Below are positions 41,669 through 48,064 of a stretch of 48,064 bases of DNA, one piece after another. The stretch is from Candidatus Aphodousia sp. Its GTDB lineage: Bacteria > Pseudomonadota > Gammaproteobacteria > Burkholderiales > Burkholderiaceae_F. The stretch spans positions 1-48,064 of the forward strand of contig DBFZTP010000044.1 of NCBI GenBank assembly GCA_048520025.1. The letters run 5' to 3'. The number at the start of each line of letters is the position of its first letter. Positions within the stretch are counted from its first letter, which is position 1. Both the position numbers and the translations under genes were made by a program. The notes under the pieces were generated by a model. It saw only the letters and a list, made by a program, of their open reading frames with translations. It was not told where the DNA came from and ran no database searches.

Positions 41669-42214
41669 TCAGTTCTGCGGTTTATTGCGAACAACCATAG
41701 AGTCAAAGCCATTGGCAGAGAGGCGTTGTTGCAACTCGTTGGCTTCCTTGGCTGTTTCAAATGGGCCTAACATCACGCGGTAGAGCGTAACACCAGCATC
41801 AGTTGATTTAACAACGTCCGCTTCTAAGGCGATAAACGCTAAATCTGTTTGAACCTTTTGCGCATCCTTTTCATTGCGGAACGCGCCCGCTTGGATTCGG
41901 TAAACCGTTCCATCATTTTGAAGTGAATTCGTTTCTTCAGCCAATTGGCCGGACGTTGGCGCTTCTACCGTTTTAATGTTGGAAAGAGCTTCCTCGGTTG
42001 CGGAACGCGTCTTGTTGTCATAAAGCGCCACATTCGGATCCTTGCCATCTAACGCAGAGGCGTCTACGGGTGTGGAGGACTTTTGTACCTTTTCAACAAA
42101 GGGAATCGGCGCATTGGTGATGGCCAAGGCAACGATGGCCGATAATGTGCAGCCAAGCGCTGTCCCGATCAAGATACCGGTCCAAAGACCGCCTTTAGAA
42201 AAATTGATTGCCAT
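41669..42214 (-). CDS. SPOR-domain cell division protein (FtsN-like)
   Basis: N-terminal TM segment, APIPFV, C-terminal IQAGAFRN...YRVMLGPF. Confidence 0.85.
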   Translation of the reverse strand: MAINFSKGGLWTGILIGTALGCTLSAIVALAITNAPIPFVEKVQKSSTPVDASALDGKDPNVALYDNKTRSATEEALSNIKTVEAPTSGQLAEETNSLQNDGTVYRIQAGAFRNEKDAQKVQTDLAFIALEADVVKSTDAGVTLYRVMLGPFETAKEANELQQRLSANGFDSMVVRNKPQN

Positions 42215-42223
42215 AAGTCACCC

Positions 42224-43942
42224 TTACATTTTTTCTGGTGCGCTAATGCCGAGTAATGCAAAGCCGTTGCGAAGCACTTGGCGCGTTGCCAATAAAAGTG
42301 CTAAACGGGCATTACGAACGTCGTCTTCTTCGACCAAAATACGTTGGGCGTTATAGAAGGCGTGGAAGTCGCCTGCCAAGTCCTTCAAATAGAAGCACAA
42401 GGAGTGGGGAGCAAAATCCTTAGCTGCCAAAGTCAACACCTCAGGGAATTCACTCAAGCGAGCCATCAAAGCAAAAGCTGTCTTGTCGTTTAAGACGCTT
42501 AAGTCAACTGCAGCGGCTTCTTCGAAACTCGGGACAGCAAAATTCTTTTCCTTGGCTTGGGCTAAAACCGAGCAAATACGAGCGTGAGCGTATTGGAGGT
42601 AATAGACCGGGTTTTCATCGGATTGGGCACGAGCCAAATCCACGTCAAACACGAATTCACTGTCGGCCTTACGGCTAATTAAGAAGAAGCGTGCGGCATC
42701 TTTACCGACCCAATCAACGAGGTCGCGCAACGTCACGTAAGAGCCAGAGCGTTTACTCATTTTGACCTCTTCGCCATCCATAACGACCTTGAGCATCTTG
42801 TGCAAGACGTAGTCAGGGAAGACTTCTGGAAGGTCTAAATTGAGAACCTTGCCAGCGACTTGAACGCCAATGCGAACACGGGCAACCGTACCATGGTGGT
42901 CAGAGCCTTGAATGTTGATGGCTTTCACAAAACCACGCTCAAACTTTTTAAGGTGGTAGGCAACATCGGGCACAAAATACGTGAAGTGACCGTCGCTTTT
43001 ACGCATCACACGGTCTTTGTCGTCACCGAACTTCTTAAAGTCGGTCGTACGCAACCACAAAGCGCCGTCTTGTTCATAGGTGTAGCCTGATTGAACCATG
43101 GCATCAACTGCACGACGAACCAAGCCGTTTGTGTACAAGGAGCTTTCCAAGAAGTAGTTGTCAAAGCTCACACCCAAGGCTTGCAGGTCACTGTCTTGTT
43201 CGTTTTTCAAATAGCCGACAGAGAACACTCGAATACTGGCTTCGTCGTTGACATCGCCAGAAGCCGTGATCGTTTCGCCTTCGCGCGTTGTGATGGTCTT
43301 TTGATCCAAGAAGTCTTGAGCGATATCACGGATGTACTTTCCTTGATAACCGTTTTCGGGGAATTGAATCGTTTCGCCCAAAATTTCCTTAGCACGGAGT
43401 TGGACAGACGTCGTCAACGTTTGGATTTGAACACCGGCATCGTTGTAGTAGAACTCGCGGCAAACATTCCAACCTTGACTCTTCATCAAGTTGGATAAAA
43501 CGTCACCGAGAGCGCCTTGACGGGCGTGACCTAAGTGCAAGGGCCCCGTGGGGTTGGCAGAAACGTATTCGATAAGGATGCTTTCACCGTCATGGTCTTG
43601 ATTTTGACCATACGTTGCGCCTTCTTGGAGAACTTTTTTAACAACTGCAGATTTGGCTTCATCGCTTAATCGCATGTTGATAAAACCGGGGCCGGCGATT
43701 TCAAAGGATTGAATCAAAGTGGCCGTTTCGGGATTCGCTTGAAGGGTTTCAACAAGGTTGGTGGCGATTTCGCGAGGATTCTTCTTTAATGCGCGTGCCA
43801 TTTGCATCGCGACGTTACAAGCCAAGTCTCCGTGTTCAGCAACTTTAGGGCGCTCTAAAACAACGTTGATGTCCGTGACACCAAGGGTATTGAGGGCTTG
43901 AGTAAAGAGGTCGTGAATTGCCTTTTTTTGTTCAAGTAACAT
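42224..43942 (-). CDS. argS: Arginine-tRNA ligase
   Basis: [43 protein letters not shown] end. Confidence 0.98.
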   Translation of the reverse strand: MLLEQKKAIHDLFTQALNTLGVTDINVVLERPKVAEHGDLACNVAMQMARALKKNPREIATNLVETLQANPETATLIQSFEIAGPGFINMRLSDEAKSAVVKKVLQEGATYGQNQDHDGESILIEYVSANPTGPLHLGHARQGALGDVLSNLMKSQGWNVCREFYYNDAGVQIQTLTTSVQLRAKEILGETIQFPENGYQGKYIRDIAQDFLDQKTITTREGETITASGDVNDEASIRVFSVGYLKNEQDSDLQALGVSFDNYFLESSLYTNGLVRRAVDAMVQSGYTYEQDGALWLRTTDFKKFGDDKDRVMRKSDGHFTYFVPDVAYHLKKFERGFVKAINIQGSDHHGTVARVRIGVQVAGKVLNLDLPEVFPDYVLHKMLKVVMDGEEVKMSKRSGSYVTLRDLVDWVGKDAARFFLISRKADSEFVFDVDLARAQSDENPVYYLQYAHARICSVLAQAKEKNFAVPSFEEAAAVDLSVLNDKTAFALMARLSEFPEVLTLAAKDFAPHSLCFYLKDLAGDFHAFYNAQRILVEEDDVRNARLALLLATRQVLRNGFALLGISAPEKM

Positions 43943-43980
43943 AACGGTTTGTCCAAACGTTTAGTAATTCAATAATGTAC

Positions 43981-44015
43981 AAAACCCTTCTGAGCCGCAA
44001 AACGACGCAGAAGGG
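43981..44015 (-). terminator. Probable terminator after folE2
   Basis: Minus strand CCCTTCTG...CAGAAGGG followed by TTTTGT. Confidence 0.55.
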
Positions 44016-44037
44016 ATCACAAAACCACTAACACTTT

Positions 44038-44832
44038 TTAAAGAGTGCCTTTGCGAATTTGCGCATAAGCCGAGTGGTTGTGAATAGATTCAAAGTTTTC
44101 CGCTTCAATGTGGTAGGCCTGAATGTGCCTATTGGCATTTAAAGCGACAGCCACATCTCGAATGAGGTCTTCAACGAATTTCGGATTCTCATAGGCGCGT
44201 TCGGTGACAAATTTTTCATCAACTCGCTTGAGTTGGCTCCAGAGTTCGCACGAAGCGCTTTCTTCGGCATAGCGGATTTGTTGTTCAAGCGAGACTTGTC
44301 CATCGCTGCGCGTTGTAATCGTGATATGGGAGCGTTGATTATGAGCCCCATATTGGGAGATTTCTTTGCTACAGGGGCACAAGCTCGTTACCGGAGCAAT
44401 CGTTGTTTGCAATACTCGGGTTTGTCCGTTGTCATGACGCACTTCATAACGAACTTGGTAATTCATCAAGCTTTCAAGTTTGGAAACGGGTGCAGTCTTT
44501 TTCACGAAGAACGGGAATTCGAATTCGATTTTGCCTTCCGTGGCATCTAAATCCGAGAGCATGCGTTGCATTAAGTCAATCAACGATTGATGGCTAATGG
44601 GTGCATTGTGGTTGCTCAAAAGCCCGAGAAAACGAGACATGTGCGTGCCTTTTTTCTCAGCAGCAAGGCCGACAAACATACCAACTCTGGCAACAGTGTT
44701 TTGTACACCATTGGCCGATTGCACGGACACAGGAAACTCCATTCCGCGCACACCGACATACTCAATGTCGATATTGCGAGGGTCTACGCTCGATTGAACG
44801 TCAGGTAAATTGTTTTCAATAGATGTTTTCAT
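44038..44832 (-). CDS. folE2: GTP cyclohydrolase IB (FolE2)
   Basis: LPDVQS, KGTHMSRF, TSLCPCSKEIS.YGAHNQRS, PKFVED, ESIHNHSA; start set to 44832. Confidence 0.95.
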   Translation of the reverse strand: MKTSIENNLPDVQSSVDPRNIDIEYVGVRGMEFPVSVQSANGVQNTVARVGMFVGLAAEKKGTHMSRFLGLLSNHNAPISHQSLIDLMQRMLSDLDATEGKIEFEFPFFVKKTAPVSKLESLMNYQVRYEVRHDNGQTRVLQTTIAPVTSLCPCSKEISQYGAHNQRSHITITTRSDGQVSLEQQIRYAEESASCELWSQLKRVDEKFVTERAYENPKFVEDLIRDVAVALNANRHIQAYHIEAENFESIHNHSAYAQIRKGTL

Positions 44833-45107
44833 AAGTGTCTTAATTTTCGCTAAAAAAGCAAAAATTTGCGAACGATTTATGGCGAAAAATCGAAAAATTA
44901 AGCAATTAAAAGATGAAATTGTATCCAAGTGTTTTGGGTCTTGCTTTGTCAAGAGGGGGCAGATTGGATTTTTTTGGATAAATATCAAGAGTTTTTGCTG
45001 TATATTCAACGGATAAGAATAGAAACTTTTGCAATGGACAAAACAGTATTGCTCCCGCTAAAGTTGGTGTTGTAACAAATGACTTTTAAGTAGGAAAAAA
45101 GAAAGAC

Positions 45108-45494
45108 ATGCCCATTTACATCTACAGGGGTGGCTCTAACCCGGGTCCTCAAAATCCGCTTCTGCGCTTATTGATTAGCGTCGCAGTTTTGGCTGGCTTG
45201 ATCGGTTTAGGGATTTTACTTTTGCCGGTGATCGGTGCGGTGGCTTTGATCATTCTCGGCATTATCGTTTTTATGTTAATCGCAGGGTTTGTTTACCGAT
45301 TGATTTACGGGGATCCTTTGCAACGTATGCGAGAAATGAATGAGGGTGTAAGAATCAATCCTCAAAGTAGCAATCCTTTTGGTAGCCGTCCTCAAGAAAC
45401 CCCAAAACAACAAACGCCTCGGGCTTTCAAAGGACGTCCGCAAGATGTTGAAGATGCCGTGGTGGTTGAAGAGCGCCAACGCACTGATAAATAA
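45108..45494 (+). CDS. Hypothetical membrane protein
   Basis: Two hydrophobic helices and a polar tail ending DVEDAVVVEE; fills the gap with plausible codon usage. Confidence 0.7.
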   Translation: MPIYIYRGGSNPGPQNPLLRLLISVAVLAGLIGLGILLLPVIGAVALIILGIIVFMLIAGFVYRLIYGDPLQRMREMNEGVRINPQSSNPFGSRPQETPKQQTPRAFKGRPQDVEDAVVVEERQRTDK

Positions 45495-45501
45495 ACATTT
45501 T

Positions 45502-46962
45502 TTACAGTAGGGGTGAGATTAAAAAACTCGCCCCTTCTTTTGTCCGCTCCCAGAGACTTCTTTGATACCATTGATGGGCGTTGAGTTTGGTGCTTTGCTC
45601 TTCATAGGAGCGATTTAGTTGAGCCAGTTTTTGGGCAAATTCAACATCTATCACCATTAGCATCAATTCGTAATTAAGGTGAAGGCTCCGTATGTCCATA
45701 TTGACGGTGCCAAAAAGCGATAAGTTACCGTCAATCATAAGGCTCTTTGTGTGTAAAACGCCGCCCTTGTAGAGTTCAATTTCAATGCCGGATTGCAATA
45801 GGTCATCAAAATAACGACGTGCAGCATAAGAGACTAATGCAGAGTCTGTCTTTTCCGAAAGAATCAGTTTGACATGGACGCCTCGAATGGCGGCATTTTG
45901 AAGCGATAAGGCTAAGGCTTCACCGGGTACGAAATAGGGAGTGACAATCTGAATTTCCTTTTGCGCATTGTTAATCGCTTGCAAAATAATGCGTTGATTT
46001 GCTTCATGACTGGTTCCGGGGCCAGAAGGAACAACCATGACGGTTGCACGGTCTTTTGCGTCAAAACGGAATTGCTTTAGTCGAATATTTGGCAAGGCCT
46101 CTTTAGAGTCAGTGAGGACTTGCCAGTCAAATTTGACCAGTTGATAGAGACTTTCGACCACTTCACCTTTAGCACGAACCATGGCATCGACCCACTGTCC
46201 AACGGTGTTGGAAGATTTAAAAAAGTGCGGGTCAACCATGTTGAGACTGCCGCTGTAGCCGATGACTTTGTCAATGACAACAATTTTTCGATGTAAACGA
46301 ATATCCGCTCTAGCTAAAAGTGCACTGATTGGGTTGACGGGGAGGGCCTCTTCAAGATGCACGCCGGCATCTTTAAAAAGATGAACCCAATCGCTTTTTA
46401 AAAAGCGTCGAGACCCGATGGCATCAACCAAAACATAACACTGAACGCCACGTCTGGCCGCTCTGACGATGGCAGCCGAAATGTTGTCCGCTTTGCCGCC
46501 AAGATCCCAAATATAAAATTCCATCAAAATGAAACTACGGGCATTGTTGATGTCTTGTTCTAAACGAATCAAAGCTTCGTCTGAATCACCTAATAAGTGC
46601 AACGAAGAGTCCTTGGTTAATGGATGCTTTCCCAAACGAGTCGCCATTCGCGCTAGGCCTCGATAATGAAGAGGTGCGCGATTAGCTGTAAAAGAAATGC
46701 GTCGGAATTGTTGACGTTGCTTACGCATGGCCCTACGTAGTTTTCGGGCATGCCAACGACCTAAAGTACGTTCGCCTAGCAATAAGTAAAGAATGAAGCC
46801 ACCGTAGGGGAGAATGACGGTGAGCAAAATCCAGGCAAAAGCGCTACCCGGCGGGTGACGAGTGAGCATGACACGTAAAGTCACACCAATAATGAGCCCT
46901 GCCTGAATAAGGGCCGCAATAATCCCGTAGGACAATAACTGTTCTGAAATGGAAAACAACAT
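45502..46962 (-). CDS. cls: Cardiolipin synthase (PLD family)
   Basis: Two HKD motifs (HRKIVVID, HTKSLMID), N-terminal TM pair, TPYFVP. Confidence 0.93.
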   Translation of the reverse strand: MLFSISEQLLSYGIIAALIQAGLIIGVTLRVMLTRHPPGSAFAWILLTVILPYGGFILYLLLGERTLGRWHARKLRRAMRKQRQQFRRISFTANRAPLHYRGLARMATRLGKHPLTKDSSLHLLGDSDEALIRLEQDINNARSFILMEFYIWDLGGKADNISAAIVRAARRGVQCYVLVDAIGSRRFLKSDWVHLFKDAGVHLEEALPVNPISALLARADIRLHRKIVVIDKVIGYSGSLNMVDPHFFKSSNTVGQWVDAMVRAKGEVVESLYQLVKFDWQVLTDSKEALPNIRLKQFRFDAKDRATVMVVPSGPGTSHEANQRIILQAINNAQKEIQIVTPYFVPGEALALSLQNAAIRGVHVKLILSEKTDSALVSYAARRYFDDLLQSGIEIELYKGGVLHTKSLMIDGNLSLFGTVNMDIRSLHLNYELMLMVIDVEFAQKLAQLNRSYEEQSTKLNAHQWYQRSLWERTKEGASFLISPLL

Positions 46963-47060
46963 ACTCGGATCCTGTGCTTAGGCATAGTGTAACAGCGATG
47001 CAATTAAATGATTGTAAGAATTGGATGCTATACAATTGGGCAATGCAAAGGAGTGAATAA

Positions 47061-47381
47061 GTGAGCAATCTAGAACTGTTGGTAATTGTGTTGTCTGCAG
47101 CCTTAGCTGGAACGGGGATTGCCGTTTTCATGCAAGGAGACTTGGGGATGGCGTTAATGTGTGTTGGTGCAGCATTGAAAATGCTCTCTGGCCTCGGACG
47201 CATGCCTGTCATTGATTTTGAAAAACTGATGAATACGACGTCAGTTGAAGATTTAGAAGCAGCTTTAGAGCAACAACGCGACAAAAATGACCAAAATAAG
47301 CCATGGTTGGCGTGGATCAGTGAATTCTCTACCTATTTGATTATTGGAGGTTTTTTTATAACTTTAGTGGATGCGCTTTAA
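47061..47381 (+). CDS. Hypothetical membrane protein
   Basis: GTG start after AGGAG, three hydrophobic segments. Confidence 0.6.
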   Translation: MSNLELLVIVLSAALAGTGIAVFMQGDLGMALMCVGAALKMLSGLGRMPVIDFEKLMNTTSVEDLEAALEQQRDKNDQNKPWLAWISEFSTYLIIGGFFITLVDAL

Positions 47382-47409
47382 AAAAGTTATAAAAAACTTC
47401 AAAAAAGTC

Positions 47410-47438
47410 TTGACATTGGTTTAAAAACTTACCATAAT
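47410..47438 (+). promoter_or_regulatory. Sigma70 promoter of the tRNA-tuf operon
   Basis: TTGACA-17 bp-CATAAT with A-tract UP-like sequence upstream. Confidence 0.85.
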
Positions 47439-47452
47439 TCGATTCTCGCTAC

Positions 47453-47538
47453 GGAGGGATGCCCGAGTGGCTAAAGGGGGCAGACTGTAAATCTGTTGGC
47501 TTACGCCTACGATGGTTCGAATCCATCTCCCTCCACCA
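47453..47538 (+). tRNA. tRNA-Tyr(GTA)
   Basis: GGAGGGA/TCCCTCC acceptor stem, GCAGA-CTGTAAA-TCTGT arm, long variable arm, CCA. Confidence 0.97.
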
Positions 47539-47602
47539 AGCGATCGTTGTTGAGGCAATGAAACCGAGGTTGCTAGCGGGATTAAACGATCCTCACACTT
47601 AG

Positions 47603-47676
47603 GCGGGTGTAGCTCAATGGTAGAGCAGAAGCCTTCCAAGCTTATGACGAGGGTTCGATTCCCTTCACCCGCTCCA
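47603..47676 (+). tRNA. tRNA-Gly(TCC)
   Basis: GCGGGTG/CACCCGC acceptor stem, CTTCCAA anticodon loop, GGTTCGATTCC, CCA. Confidence 0.97.
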
Positions 47677-47710
47677 CAGTTCAGTGGACAATCCCGGATT
47701 AATTAATTTG

Positions 47711-47785
<75 letters not shown>

Positions 47786-47845
47786 GTTTTTTATCCTTCT
47801 CGCAGTTGCGAGGAGATTTTTATAAAGTTTGTTCAGGAGTTAGCC

Positions 47846-48064
47846 ATGGCAAAAGGCAAGTTTGAACGCACCAAGCCCCACGTTAACGTGGGCACGATCG
47901 GTCACGTCGACCATGGTAAGACGACGTTGACGGCCGCTATCACGACGGTTCTCGCCCAACAATTCGGCGGTGAAGCTCGTGCTTATGACCAAATTGACGC
48001 CGCTCCTGAAGAAAAGGCTCGCGGTATTACGATTAACACGTCTCACGTTGAATACGAAACGGAA
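47846..48064 (+). CDS. tuf: Elongation factor Tu (5' part, runs off the window)
   Basis: [29 protein letters not shown]...[22 protein letters not shown]. Confidence 0.98.
   Translation, partial: MAKGKFERTKPHVNVGTIGHVDHGKTTLTAAITTVLAQQFGGEARAYDQIDAAPEEKARGITINTSHVEYETE

Noticed and set aside
44833..45107. Zur box or riboswitch in the AT-rich folE2 upstream region
   Set aside because: No Zur-like palindrome or convincing fold recognised; reads as an ordinary divergent promoter region

Overview
Core-chromosome segment (about 47% GC, estimated by eye) of a betaproteobacterium. Gene content and order suggest the gut family Sutterellaceae, which is an inference. In order: atpEFHAGDC, a universal stress protein, yggU, an AT-rich DnaA-box cluster (candidate oriC), priA, tRNA-Arg(CCG), DUF971-ubiE-Tim44, glmUS, marC, a tripartite RND efflux operon with a trailing TetR gene, degP with a two-component pair, a FadL/OmpP1 porin, yaeQ and a cydP-cydA-cydB-cydX-ybgE operon. 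These are followed by a tandem pair of SugE/Gdx-type SMR exporters behind a structured leader, sstT, iadA, recQ, an argS-SPOR-dsbA-PMM/PGM-SDR run, folE2, cls and the tRNA-Tyr/Gly/Thr-tuf operon. I saw no prophage, IS, integrase, CRISPR array or defence island. The most interesting signals are non-coding: a pseudoknot-capable riboswitch-like leader before the SMR pair, a probable replication origin with no dnaA in the window, a structured leader on iadA, and recurring operator-like palindromes. Codon-atypical loop segments in the porin and an unannotated 35-aa cydX are also worth checking.
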